Assembly (NCBI GenBank): GCA_973895155.1
Contig: OZ316894.1
Span: forward strand, 23,620,709 to 23,684,708
Source: Marsupella aquatica
Lineage: Eukaryota; Plantae; Marchantiophyta
Reading direction: 5' to 3'
DNA length: 64,000 nucleotides
Shown: piece after piece, positions 11,199-24,812 of the stretch
Position numbering within the stretch: position 1 is the first letter of the stretch
How the letters are laid out: each line of letters opens with the position of its first letter
Notes under the pieces: model-generated
Told to the model about the DNA's origin: nothing
The model's database searches: none
The model's input: only the letters and a program-made list of their open reading frames with translations
Translations under genes and position numbers: made by a program

Positions 11199-11834
11199 AT
11201 GAACTGTGAGGTTTTCTACTTGAAGGAGCTGGAAGTGGAGCATTATCAAATCCGGGAGGTGCTGCGATGTATACTGCATACAATAATGTTCAATAGGGCG
11301 TTGGGATTGGTTCGTCCCAAGGATGTGGACTCTGAGCTTTTTGAGATAACGTACGCCCAATGTGGGGATGAATCAATTGAGAAGAAAATTGAAGAGAAAA
11401 TTGACAATTTTGTGACATGGGTGGAGAAGCATCCTAACAAGAAAAGCCAAGTTTGTCTTTCGTTCTATGAAACACGGAGCAAGCAAACGGCATGGTTCAG
11501 TAGCAAGGTGGAAAGACTTCATTGGGAGCAATGGTGTATCTATTTAAATGTCTTACAAACGTCTCAATCACAGAATAAGCTGGGGGACGTTCCTGATACG
11601 GCTCTGGAGGAGAGACAAGGGAGGCATGCTGCTTTGGAAGCTGCTCTACGTGAAGTCATCGTTCAAATTCTACAGTTTGTGAATGAGAAGAAAGACCATA
11701 TCCCGCCGGTGGTGAACTCTGATGTTGCATCGTTTCCTTATGAGATTTCAATTCCAAGCTCATCGGATTCTTCCTTCAGTATGGATATGTTCAAGCGGAT
11801 GCTTCAGACAGGACCGCCCAACATGCTGAGCTGA
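11199..11834 (+). CDS. ATG101: Autophagy-related protein 101 (HORMA domain), 211 aa, intronless CDS
   Basis: Starts MNCEVFYLKELEVEHYQIREVLRCILHTIMFNRALGLVRPKD. Contains the WF finger (KQTAWFSSKVERLHWEQW), EKKDHIPP, FPYEISI and the C-terminal MFKRMLQTGPPNMLS. The real start is the ATG at 11199; the ORF track starts at an upstream GTG. Confidence 0.93.
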   Translation: MNCEVFYLKELEVEHYQIREVLRCILHTIMFNRALGLVRPKDVDSELFEITYAQCGDESIEKKIEEKIDNFVTWVEKHPNKKSQVCLSFYETRSKQTAWFSSKVERLHWEQWCIYLNVLQTSQSQNKLGDVPDTALEERQGRHAALEAALREVIVQILQFVNEKKDHIPPVVNSDVASFPYEISIPSSSDSSFSMDMFKRMLQTGPPNMLS

Positions 11835-14190
11835 ATGCAATGTTGTACAGCCACATTTGGCCCCAGTTCCTCTCTTCCTCTTGCATCATAGATCTCTTTG
11901 TAATTATTATTTGAAACAGCTCGCAGAGATGCCGCCTTGTACATAGTCTCGTTCCCCTTTTGGGAATAAGGGACCTGGAAAGTAAATGAATTCGGTTCCC
12001 TGTTTAAAATTGAGTTTACAATCACGTTGCAAAGGGAGTTGTATTTTTTTATCAAGCGCGATGGAAAGTTCATTTTTCCAGTCTTCTCAGTAATGTAATT
12101 TTGGACGATTTTACCAATTGCTCATCCCCTTGGAGACCACTAGAAGCTTGTGGCAAGCACCAAAATCAGTGATCCCTCTCCCTAGCATGTGTGTCTGGTC
12201 CTCCTAAGTAATCGAGTCCTCTTGGACTCCTGACCTCCTTGCCTGGGTCGTAGACTCTGCGTATATTTGCCAGACGTATTGCTCCGTTAGTTGAGAAGCC
12301 ACATTCACGGTTTTCACATAATGATTGTGATGTGCAACTGACATCTGGGAAACATAGAAGGTGTGCTATCGAAGACATCCGAGTTCTCTGAGTGCCACCA
12401 TAGGCATTTCTCCAGAGTCTATCTTACCCAGGTCTGGGTTGTGCCGATCTGGAGATTATTTGTTTTCCTCTGGCAGGCGAAATGAAGATATCTTCAGAAG
12501 CCCTTTATTGGCGAAAACTCAGTTGCAGGATTCGTACTTCAGTTATCTGTGCAGAGTAATACTGTACCGTATACTTAATACTGGTTTGAAGAAGTGGCTG
12601 TCGCAATGAAAGCTGGTTTGGCGGAGAAAGAAGTTCCTGACTTGGTCGAGGGAATCAACGTCAAACAGTAATCACCAATTTCTGGCGTAAGAACCATACA
12701 AAACCACGGCAAGGAAGAGCATCCCATAAGGCAAACTGTAAATGGAGAAATGCGAGGTTTCCTTGGAAAGAACTAAAAAATCGACCAAGTTCTTGGCTGT
12801 TCGAAGTCTACACGACACGCGACAATGGATACTCGTTTCATTTGAACAGAATTTCAGCAATGTATGGCAGGGAGGGATGATTTATGGGTCTTTACCAAAT
12901 TGTTTGCATGCGACTTTGCGAAGGCACTTGATGTCATCTCTCTCAGTTTAAGTTTTTACAGGGTATTTTTCAATAAGATGATCTGCCTTTTCCACCAAAA
13001 CTGTAGTATTTGCTCTACTCTGGACCAATAGTGGCTTCCAGCAAACCACTTTTCTGTGCTCTCCCCACACATAATCTGCCTCGCATACCTGCATAGCATT
13101 ATCCCGTACTCTCCTCCACTACATGTGCCTTTCAACTCCAGCTCTATCTTGCTCTTACGCTGCATGAACAGTGCACATTATCTTCCGTTCTCTCCTCCGC
13201 TTAACGTGCGTCTCAAGTACAGTTGTCACATAGGAAGTGTTATTGAAAATCTTCTAGGGGAATTTCAAAGAGGTGAGCGGGGCAGCCATTTATTTATTTC
13301 ACACAACAAACGCAACACGTTTTTGGTCAAACTTTCCAATCCTATTGGCTAGCGGAGAACCTCTATGGCCCTATGGCTTTTCTCCAGCTTTATTTATTTA
13401 TTCATGAATCTTCGAGAAGACGCTGGCTCAAAAGTAGCAATCCTATCCGACAACTATTTTGTTGGAATCTTGATTGATTTTTGTTATTCGTAGATTTCAT
13501 TTGTCCTTGGTGCAGATGCAGATTTGAGTTGAGAAAGGCGTAGAGAACAAATGAGCTGAGTCAATGAGGGATTTACCCTAAAGCAGACACCACAATGCTT
13601 TGGCGTCGTTTCTTTGCCAGATCATGCCGCCGCAAGAACCCTAGTGGGAAGTCCATGCCATGCAGAATCCACTAACATGAGATCCCAGTTGCGCATTGTA
13701 ACTTCGGTGTGGTTGAAACTTAATCTCTTAATCCATTTCAACGTAGACTTTGTTGACATACATGACCGCAGACTTTTCTAGTAAAATCTTCAACTAGATC
13801 TGCGGCTTCGGAGGTCAATTTGGACCGTGAAAGTGACGGTAAGATTTCCGAGGGAGAAAATACTGTTGAGATTTCCAAGAGGTCTTTTCGAAGAGGTAAT
13901 TAGCCCAAAGATAGCACTATGAATTCAAAATGAAAGGAACTTTTGCCGAGGGGATAAATTTTCCAGGGGATAAATTTTCCAGGACCTTAAACCTTTTCAG
14001 AGAGGTAATTCATGCGAAGTCGGAACAATGAGTTCGTCCCCCTTCACTACCGGATCATCACATCTCATAGCTAGGGCTTTCATATATTCATACAGCCACA
14101 CTACAATTTAAAAGACAGGTAATTCTCATACTCGATGCAGGAGTAGGTTCAATAGAACAGTAGATCACTTCAGAATTCTGTGAACTGTTA

Positions 14191-14478
14191 GCTTTTGGAC
14201 CATCACGTTCACTGAAATTCTGAACGTGGTCACTTCGTTTCGCATCAAAATTTATTTCAGGAAGGTGGAAGAGAACCATCCAGCTTGAATATGCAACCTC
14301 TCAAGGACGAGCCTTAACGGATACCACCTGTGAGCTTTGGACCATCACGTTCACTGAAATTCTGAACCTGATCACTTCGTTTCACATCAAAATTTATTTC
14401 ACGAAGGTAGAAGAGAACCATCCAAATTGAATATGAAATTTCTAAATGACGAGCCATAACGGGTTACACCTGAGCTTT
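14191..14478. repeat. Tandem duplication of a ~143-bp unit
   Basis: gctttggaccatcacgttcactgaaattctgaac...gacgagcc.taacgg...cacctg is present twice, head to tail, with scattered substitutions. Confidence 0.85.
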
Positions 14479-15129
14479 CACATCAAGGTAAGTGCCGATC
14501 CTGACAAGAACTTCCAACAGTGTAATGGGTTTGAAAAACATCAGTACCACCTCTCACCACACTAATTGTACAATGGTCCGAAGCCAGACATTCGTTGTGT
14601 ACAAGTACAAGTACAAATGAAAAGCAATGCTGTCTCTTAAACCATAAGTCTTCACATTTGCGTCCTCGCACAACCCAGGACACTGCTTTGACTCTCCCAG
14701 TACACCAACACTCTACAGTAGTTACAATAGCTAGGCCGGTATACTTGTGAATAGGGCACTACGCACTGTTGTATCTAACAAGTCGAACTTTCTTTACATC
14801 TTTGTCCAAGCACTTCACAGGGGACTACCGACGAAAACCTTAAATCTAGCCATGTCAACTGGCCTAGTCGCGTAGGAAAACGCAATGCAATGTTGTACCC
14901 AACAAAACGATAGGTTTGGGCCTAGTTCTTTCGCAGAAAACTGTTCGTTTCAGTCAACCTAGGTTTTGGCTACAGTTGGTAGTCCTGTGTTTTGTAAATC
15001 TTCAAATCCAAAACCTTTAAAGCGATAGTACTCAATATTACCGAAATCAGAGCCAAGTACTCAACAAATCATACAGAATGCGTTCTACAGTTGAGTCGGA
15101 AACAATACCAACAAAACAAAGCACGATCC

Positions 15130-16747
15130 CTAATCGTAAAGTTTGGGGTCGATTTCATCGTGGTGCTTGTTAAGCAATTTGTCCTTGACTTTCGTGACAA
15201 CACCATCCTGCTCATCACCGTCTTCTTCTACTAGCTTCTCAGTGTCGGAGCCAACTGGTTTAATATCGCTAGGGCTGTCTGTCGACTCGTGCGTATTACC
15301 ATGCCCTGGTAATTTGTGCATCAATCTCTTCAAAAATCCTTCACCTTCAGAATGATCCGCTCCCTCTGCTGCCTCCTTTCGCTGGTCCACTGCAGTCCCC
15401 CCCATAGTGTTTCCTGTAATACCATCCTCTGCACAGTCAAACTGGAAAGCTTGAGACAATTGCCTCAAAGACGATGAGTGACCTCTTTTAGAAGCCAAAA
15501 TCGAACGACAATCGAGACAAATTGACTCGGCAGACGTAAAGTTCTAAGACAAAAGAGAATTTTAAAACAATCTCAATCTTCCTTGAAAACCAGAACGATT
15601 GCAGACGGTCCAATAAGCATTGATCTCTATGACTTGCTCATGTATGTAGGTACATCGCATTTACTTTTCTTCTCAAAATTCTGGGCATATATGGGAAACA
15701 CCACTTCCGACAGAGCAAAATACGACGAAATGCACAAAACTCAATCAACCAGGAAGGAACAAAATCCTCTGACAGAGAAAAAAAAGTGGCTGACCTCCTA
15801 TAAGATGTTTACCTCCCGATTCTACCTTTCCCCTCGTCCACTTCTAAGACGATTCTAAGCCGTAGGGATAGTGTTGACATGAGTGCGCATTGTCATTGTC
15901 ACTCTCGAGCATGTTCAGCCTTGTAGGGCATGGCAGAAACGAATGACACAAGATTTCACGCAATTTCAACTTTGCCACTAGGAGACATTCAATAGTAGTT
16001 TAATGTCTTCATACCTTCTTGGAAGCGGTCCCTGATTCCTTTACTAGGGCCATCAGAATCAGTGAGCACATGACTGTATGGCGTGTCTTTCTGCTGAGAA
16101 GGAGCCACTTCTGTCCGATGATACTCATGTTCCTTGATATCACTTGAGGTCGGAGTACTGCCTCCAAGCCCATCGGCAACTCCAGTCCCTGAAGCAACAC
16201 CATGCGGAGTGACTCCATGCCTTACTCCATTCCGGACCTCTGACCCATCTACGGAAGATTCATCAGGGGCTCCCCATTTGCTATGTGTTCTAGATTGCCT
16301 TGAAGAGGCATCGTCAAAGCTGCTCCCCAAATTATAATCTCCTTCGTCTGGATATCCTCCAGGGCCAGAGCTGCCAAATCCAGCCTCGGATGGTCTAGCG
16401 TTGGGATTCACAGTACCATAACCAGCTGATCCGCCCCGCTGCTCCACTGTACTTGACGAATCAGACGCTCGAATGTCCTGCCCATACCGAGACCCCTCGT
16501 CACTATCACCGCTCTTTCTACCCTCCCAGTAACCCCGACTGGGCATGTTGTGCGGCTCAATGTATCGGCTATCTCCACCGCCATATCCAACGCAGGAAGA
16601 AGGAGGCTCACGCAGTTCATCCACTCCACCGAGGTCGAAATTCCGCTCTCCTCCTATGTCTTGCACGGCTGATGCAGAGGAATCCACCTTCTCAAACGGG
16701 TGAGCTCTATGCTCTTTGGACTGCTCTGATGAATTCGGTTGTGCCAT
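15130..16747 (-). CDS. Dehydrin/LEA-like hydrophilic disordered protein; 2 exons (16747-16015, 15428-15130), ~343 aa
   Basis: Donor GAAG|GTATGA at 16014 and acceptor TGTGCAG|AG at 15429 join two Gly/Ser/Asp-rich ORFs in frame (733+299 nt). K-segment-like motifs EGFLKRLMHKLPGH and DGVVTKVKDKLL are present. Additional small exons cannot be excluded. Confidence 0.7.
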
Positions 16748-19139
16748 GATCTCCAACCCAGTTCTTCTGATTCAATCGATTGGCTCAAATCTCTCACAAA
16801 CTCCGCACTATCCGCTTCCTGGACTTCACTACTTTTCAGGCTCAGAAGTCTTCAGCTCCAATTGTCAAGCTCAGCTCTCTACAGCTATCTTGGGCAAGTT
16901 CAATGTAGCATCCAAAACTCACAACAAAATCTCACCGGAATGGCCTCCACAACGCGTTGATGAAACAAACAAATACTCACACGGCAGCGAAGACTACAGG
17001 CAGACCCTGGAAGAAAAAGTTGGATGGGAACAAGTGGACAAATGGGGACGTTCCACACATACACTTGCTCAGTAGGATGCCTTTAACTCGCTCTAGAATC
17101 CGAACCTCAACAACACAGTAGACTGATGTAAGAAAGGTGTACTCGCTACTTTAAAGCTCGATGGATCTGTATCGAAGATCGTGGACAAGATCGAGAGAAT
17201 CCGGTCCTCTTTCTCAGCTTCGAAGCTCTATGGATCTGTATCGAAAATTCTGGACAAGATCAAGAAGTTCCTCTCATGAGTGCCTTTCCCCTGTAGCTCT
17301 AGAGCTATTTTGAAGGCTCGGCGGTGGGTCGGTGAAGTGATGGAATCAATGAGTTCAGAAGGAGTTAGGAAAATCACCGAAGTGGGGTGAAGTGATCAGA
17401 GAACTGTGCCAAGTGGCCAGGACCACGATTGGCAAATAGGAGGAAGCCACGATTGATGGGCTCTGCACATTTCTTACGTGGTTGGGTTCTTAGTAGGTGG
17501 AGAGGTGCGCTTTCTGACTCATCAACAGGAGCTTCATGATGCGTTGGAGGTGTGGCACTGGCTCATAAATGGCATTCTTTACATAGACCTGTCCCATTGC
17601 GCCAGGAAGGCATAAGGAGGCGTTTGTCTGGGGGTTTGCCTAAGGAGACGTTTTTCTTTGGGTTTGCCTTGGCTGACATTTTCTAACGAGAATCAGGAGC
17701 CCTTTCTATGTCGTCATTGTTTTGAAGTTGATGCTGAGATGGACCACAACATTTGCTCTCAGGATTCTGATTGACTGTACACTTTTTGACACCCACAATG
17801 GTGGAAAGTTGGATGTTGTTGAAGTAAAAGATACCATGTCAAATTTGTATATATATCTCGTTGCCAACAAAAAGCGTCAAAATGGTGTGCACAGAGGACA
17901 GGTCCATGGTGTTAAAAGTAAAAAGTACAATTTCAAAGTGATCTAGATATCACTTTGCCATAGAACAAAAAACAGGGAGACAACTTCCTAAAGGTAGGAG
18001 ACCCTATAAAGGAGGGAAAGCAAGGTTGCAGATGTTCATCCAAGCATTTGGTCAGACTTCGTGGTGCATTTAGGGTCTATGGGATTCCTTGAGCGAGCTA
18101 ATCTACAACATGTTGACATTTCGAAAGTATTTCTAGAAATATTTTGGTTCAAAATTTAGAAATACTTTGTGCATATATCTTGGATTTGATTTTTCTCATG
18201 CCTCTCCTTTATGGTGGGCATTGGAAAGTTGCAAAACTCCTGCCATTTTTCTTGACTCTTTTTTCCCAATACGAGACACTTCGTCAGAAATTATTTTCAG
18301 CAAACTTGGAAATTCACACTTTATTAAAGCAAAATTTAATTGTAAACAGCGAGTGTTGGGTACAGGATGACCACACGTGTCCTTTGAAACTCTTAGTCAT
18401 CAGAAATCTTACTATTCCATGGTCAAGTTTAGTTTATTCTTGAGTTCATTTCTTGATGCTTGAACTTCCTTCCTCTTATTATGGAGTACTTTATTAGATA
18501 ACGGTTTCTGAAGTACGTGTCCCCAAATTGAACCAAATTGGTAACCTGACCCCCTTTCATTTATGGGTGAACTAAACCACAGTAGTTAACTGAAGGTCCC
18601 CCATGATTGGTGGGCTGCAAGGCATATTGGCCCTGCCAACCCCAGTCAACATTGCTCTAAATTGGACTGGCCTTTCCCATTGCAAACATGGGCAGGAGAG
18701 GCTAGTCACAAGCTACTTCCTTGCCAGAGGTCAATTGTGCCTGATTGTACCACCTCCTGGCCAGTTTTCTTTGAGAGAAAATGGACAGAAGGTCCGGGCT
18801 TGGCTGCGCAGCACCAATCTCGGGGGAAGGTATGCAAGTGTTGGAGGGGCTAGGGGCGACTTGGGGCTGCTGCTGTGGTTGTAATTGATGGGGTTTGGTG
18901 GCCCGACTGGTTGCACTTTACCACATGGCACAACCAATCATAGGTGAACAAGGGCTAACTGCATCAGTTTTAATTATTCCCACTAGCCCCGACTCCTTGT
19001 TCTTTGAACATGAATAGCGAGGACAATAAAAATGTCACCAAATTTATTACTTATTCACATTTTTTGAAGGGTGATGAATTGATAAAAAAATTAACTTCTA
19101 TAATAAACAGTTGCGCCCTTCTATAGCCCTGTGGTCGTC

Positions 19140-20141
19140 TTTCAAATTTGCAATGGGCCCCCGAAAAAACAAGAAAGAATCTAACCAACAAGAAGTAATA
19201 AAACCAAAAAAAAATCAATATAGTGTGAATGAATTGGAGTGCACTATTTCCAAGCAAAAAGGAATCTAATGATACAAAGTACATGGGGAGAGACTCTAGC
19301 AATGCAGGAGGATCAAGGAGACCCTCCCTTTACCATGTACCATTATAATACATATTGAGTCCCTTTACAAACTAAAAAAAAATGACAATAAATCTTAACA
19401 TTTCATCATAATATTTGATCTTGACATATTTTCCTCACATTGAGATCTTTTCTCACCTTGAAATATGTATATAATTTTTTTCTAATTTTACCATCTTTTT
19501 CTCACCTTACCATCTTTATCTCTCCATGACATCTTTCCCTCACCCTCGATATTCTTTCTCTCCTCAACATATTTACCTCATCTTGACATCTTTTCTCACC
19601 TCACCATCTTTTCTCTCCTTGACATACTTTTCTCACCTCAACATGTTCTTCTCTCATTGATATCTTTTTTCACCTTGACATATGTTCTCACCTCAACATC
19701 TTTTGTGCAAAGCACAAGTATCGGGCCCAAGATGTACTTATTTAACAACATCCTTTACTTCAGAAAATGTTTTCCTAACGACATACTTTACTTGGTCATT
19801 TTGTACTTCAACAACATCTTTGGCATAACGACATCACTGGTGACATGACATCTACTTACTTGACGACATCTTTTACTTTATGATATCTTTCACATAACGA
19901 CATCTGGGGAAAACACAACATTTTTTCTCTTAACGACATCTTGGGCACCAGAACACTGTTTTTCTGAGCGACATCTTGGGCACCACGACATCTTGGGTGA
20001 CATGACATCTTGGGTGTAATGACATCTCTTTTCTTAACAAGTTCTTGGCCGTCATGACATCTTTCTTTTAATGACATCTATGGTGACACAACATTTTTTT
20101 CTTCACGACAACTTTAGTGCAATGCACTGGTATTGAGCTAG
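19140..20141 (+). mobile_element. Non-autonomous Helitron-like element, copy 2 (inverted relative to copy 1)
   Basis: The 3' end has the palindrome AGTGCA-A-TGCACT (20116-20128) about 10 nt before CTAG|T (20138-20142). The GACATCTT-rich body is the reverse complement of 4100-5000. Confidence 0.7.
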
Positions 20142-20943
20142 TCATACATAACATACCATAATTACTCTTGTCTATGCACATCTCTCTTTCTATCCACACA
20201 TGTTATGGTGGGGTCACTCTAGAAGCCTAGGCCGCAACCCTAACTTGTAGTTGACGCCTTATAAATAAAATATACATAACTGTAATCAGGTTAATTATTA
20301 ATTAAAATAGTTTGTAACACAATATTATCAGTGGTTGATAACTGATATCAATTATCAATTTTGATGTTAAAAAATTTAGGAATCTCAACTGAGTAACTAA
20401 GAGTAACTAAGATGGAGTCTTTGATGGGGTCTTTGAGAGTCTTTGATGGGGTCTTTGAACGTCCGTGCATCAACCCAACTCATCCAACAGCCAAGAACAT
20501 GCAATCGGAGGAACTGGCCACATTTCTCTAAAGCTAACGCGGGCCCAAACTTAGTCCAGCTCAGGATCAAGGCTCCTCAATATTTTATCCAGTCAAGCCT
20601 CTTACCCTGGTCATCGTGTTTCTCGGGTTGACCTTAACACCAGTTGTTTCCACAAAGAACCATTGCAAATGCTGCCACATTTGTTTTCCCCTATTTCTCT
20701 CAAAGAAAATGCTAGTGTTTCCGTCAAATGTTGTCGCCTGTCGATGATAGAGTACACTTTTCAACGGAGTTTTTGGCTCAATGTAGATTGCAAGAGGTCA
20801 AAAGAGAATGGCATAGACATTGAAGCAGCCGTGGCCCTCCAGCAGTTGATTCCAGTCCTATCAAATGAGAATTGAAGCTGATGAATTCGTCAAGTAAAAT
20901 GCATCTAATAACTGTGATGTATTTTGCTTGCAATTCACATTTT

Positions 20944-22105
20944 AGGGCTGCGATTTTGAGCTGGAAGGGAGCTTCTGGAACTGCTGGAGCTGGAGGAGAG
21001 ATACTACAGTAAAAAATGATGGCGAGCTACTGAAAACATGACCGTTTTGAGCTTGGATTTTGAGCCTGAGCTGGGAACTAAGACATGACGGTTTTGAGCT
21101 AGATTTTGAGGTACAATTTGGGGCTTTGCAGCACTCTAAGGCGTGATCTCCAGATCATCTATGGAAGCTTTTGTTCTGGCTGTAACTTCTTTTATGAATC
21201 TTCGAATTTCTTGAACTGTTGTGTATTGGACCAGGGGACAGCGAAGAGAGTGAAGAAACTGATGGGGCAGCGGAAGGAGTACCATCTGGCAGGTTGGATG
21301 GGGAGTGTGGGGCACCAGAACGAGTACAATCTTAAACCTCTAATACAGAGCACACCATTGGCAATGGATGAGAGAGTGACAAAGAACCACATCTAGACTT
21401 TACGATTGATACACCTGCCGCAACAGAGGAGGCGTATGTGTCTGACAATGAAGATTCAGACCAGGAGCAGGAACTGTTTGCTGTGTCACTCTTTCAGTCA
21501 TATGGTGATCTGTTCTCAGTCAACCAGCACTGAACAAGGAATCCACTGTCAATTGTTAGCTACCTTCTTGATAGACAAGTAGACAGACCAAGTTGTACTT
21601 CAATGAGATCTTCAACTGTAACTACATTTTCAATTGAATGACATTCGAGACCTGATTGAAATTCTGTCAGTTTTGCAACCACTAATTGAGTGAATCTTAA
21701 TTTCACAGCAGCAATTATATTAAAATAACAAACGGAATCCAACACAAGTGATCGCAAGTAAAATGACAGTTCAAATTTCAAAATTGAATACATTCCAAAT
21801 ATCAATCGCATATATTCTACCATGATTTTGTATTTTCCAAGCCGAGTCTCAATGCTACAAAGACTTAAATATAATCCTTACGTCTGTCCAGACTACAATC
21901 TAATCCCTCTTATTTCCAACTATCCCTAATCTTGCTATGCTTCAGCTCAAAATCGCAGCCTAAACCATCAGGCCTTTCCAGCTCAGCTCAAAACAGTCTA
22001 AAAATGGTCATCTTTTCAGCAGCTCACCACGATTCCTACTTCCAGTCTGTGACTCTCACAGCCTGCAGCTCCAGGAGCTCACATCCAGCTTAAAATCGCA
22101 GCCCC
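20944..22105. mobile_element. Non-autonomous DNA transposon with ~170-bp imperfect terminal inverted repeats
   Basis: The left end agggctgcgattttgagctgga...gagctactgaaaacatgacc matches the reverse complement of ggtcatcttttcagcagctc...tccagcttaaaatcgcagcccc. No clear TSD. Confidence 0.65.
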
Positions 22106-24812
22106 AAATTGTTGGTCTCGAGCCAAAAAAAGGCACTTTTTGCATGCGAGGCAATATGAGGGCTTGGGCTCTGTGTGCGACTTGACAACACATGGGGAAG
22201 TGCATCTGCTATTTTCAATTCAATGAGATTGTCCACATATGGAGAATTGCATACATGATTTTTCATGCACTTCTAACCGGTGCATATATTGGACAAGTAC
22301 GGTGCAGGCTCCGTGTGTCTTCCCATGAGTCTGCTATTGACAATGCTTTGACTACATAATGAAAGAATCTGATTACAGATTCAAAGTCGGACTGAAATTT
22401 ATCTTCCAAGCTGCGTAGGGCATCATTTGCTAGGTTTTCTCTCTTGATAATTATGCCTCCTGCCTTGTAAGGAACTATGGGGACTTTGAGTTTGGTGTTT
22501 GTAATCTCTTGACCTCAGTCTTTGGTTTTAATTTGTTTTGCCCCTTTTAGAAAACTGGAGCTCTTTTCCATTGGCGTGTTTTTGAATTACCTAATGGTGA
22601 ACTTGCTGCACCCACTAATGATATTAATACTCAAAAACCAAAGGGGGTCTTTATCTAAACTTCATCTAGTGGACAGCACACTTTTCCACACCTATTCACC
22701 CGCAACAAGAAGTGACTACCAGACGAAAGAACTGCAAGAGAGAATCATGGGCTAGAAACTGTGGGTAGTGTCTCTCGGAAAATCAAGAGTCAGAAGATTC
22801 GTAGTAAACGTGGAAGGGACGGTTTGAGGTGGTTTAAGAACTTGTCCTCTCAAACAGAATGTCACTGACTACAAAAATCAAGAGCTCACAGAAAGCCAAT
22901 TACATTAGGATAGGTAATCTCCCAACCATGTTGCACGCTACTTCTACTATGTAACGTCCAGTTTGCCCCAAAAGCCTGGTCCATTGCTATAAATTCAATC
23001 TGGCACAAATGACAAGGCAAAAGAGAACGGCTGGCTTGATGTAAAGTGGATCTGACCATGCAAAGCAACTGTTATCTCCGTTATCGACTCATTACCCAAG
23101 TAGAAGTGACGTCTGCATGATCAGCTATGGATACAGGTCAAACGCACACAACTATATACATTATACTCTCCAAATTGGACAAATCATAGGGGATATTATT
23201 GAATTTGACAAAAAGTTATGCATCATTCTCTCCTTTGTCGACACAGATCCCTTTGACATCTCAGTGCAGCTCAAAAATTCTGGATCACTCTTAAAGTAAT
23301 CTGAAAGCAAAGGATTTGGATGTAATACTCAAGTCCACACTTCTGAGGGGTTACCTCTTGAATTGAGGACAATAGAAGGCTCGAGAGCCGTGAAAACCTT
23401 TCTGAAATAATAGCCGTCATGTTCGATCAGAATTTAATTGGTCCAGAAAGGCAAACCCCGCTAAATGCGATCTAACTTGGACTCCTGCTTTGTCCTCAGT
23501 AGACAATTCTGAGCAATGCTGAAGGTTTCTTTGTGGAGTCCAGGACAAGAGAAGACTCAAGAACAGTGAAAACCTTCTAAATGTGGCCGCAATGAGGAGT
23601 TTTTTGGTTGGGTCTTTTTGCGTAGAAAGAACCAAATCAATTCCATTCAAATAGTCAACATACAAAGCAGGGGCCCACAAGGGATTTTTTCGTTGGGTCT
23701 TTGTGCATGGACCTGGTGTAGTTGTGCGAGTCAGTGTATTCTTTAAATTCTTTAAAGATTTCACTTTTTTGTAGAGTGAAAATTCCTGAGAGGGCTGTCA
23801 AGACTTATTCAAGAGACATGACTCTTATTCTTTTTATGATTGGTTAGTTGAAAAGACTTATTCAAGAGACATCACTGTTCATAAAATTTATAAATAAATA
23901 ACACATTAATGATTTAATTTCATTGTTATGTGTATTTCACATCAATTATTTATTATAAAATAGTTCACAAGGAGGGCCTTTTTTTTAGAGCCACTACTAA
24001 AATATAAAGTGTGTGAAGGAGAAGATGCTCAAAAGATTCTCTATTCAAGTATTTTTCTGACCATCATATCTCCATAGATTAAGGTTGACCATTAGATTTT
24101 GGCTAATGGGGCCTGGGATTAGGTGAAACACTGGCTAATGAGACAAAGAAATGTACAGAATCTTAACAAAAATAGCGAGAATTTTCGGGGAGGTGGAATT
24201 TTCGCGGAGGTGGAATTTTCGCCACTGTCTAAACAAAACACTAGTGGGAGTGGTCTAATATATGAACGCTTCGTAGAAATTTTCTGGTCCCACAGTGTCG
24301 ATCAACTGTTCGACAGTGTCGTTTTCCGCCCTTGTATCTACAGTAGTTGATAATTTAGCGTTATAGTAGGACTAGGTGAATGCATTTATAAGTAACGCAG
24401 CTGTCGCTGGCGTTTACTTCCCGTGTGACTTACTTTGAATCGTCAGTGTCTTTTCCCGGTGTGTCATCAAGTGATCAATCTTTTTCTTGCTTACAAATCT
24501 GAAACAAGGATTTGAGATACTTTGAAAGTTTCTCCGATCACGCAACAATCCAACATCGTCCACTTACGCCCTCTTTCCAATTTCCTTGACATTCTGTACT
24601 TTTGTCTTCGTGACTCTCCTCAAGCAACTGCTCGGATTTTACTTCTTTATGAAACCTCATGGTGTATCTCGAAGGCTCGCGATGCTCAACATTTACAACA
24701 ATATGCCATGAGAACTCACTTTACAGCATTTTGGATCTCGTTTCGGATTCTCTGAGGTTCTTTCCTTGATTCTAGCTCAAAACAATCGGCTCGGCTTCAT
24801 TACGCCTCCAAC

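Noticed and set aside
20450-23770. Possible decayed gene or transposase on the minus strand, interrupted by the long-TIR element
   Set aside because: Only short protein-like stretches between stops; the family is not recognisable.
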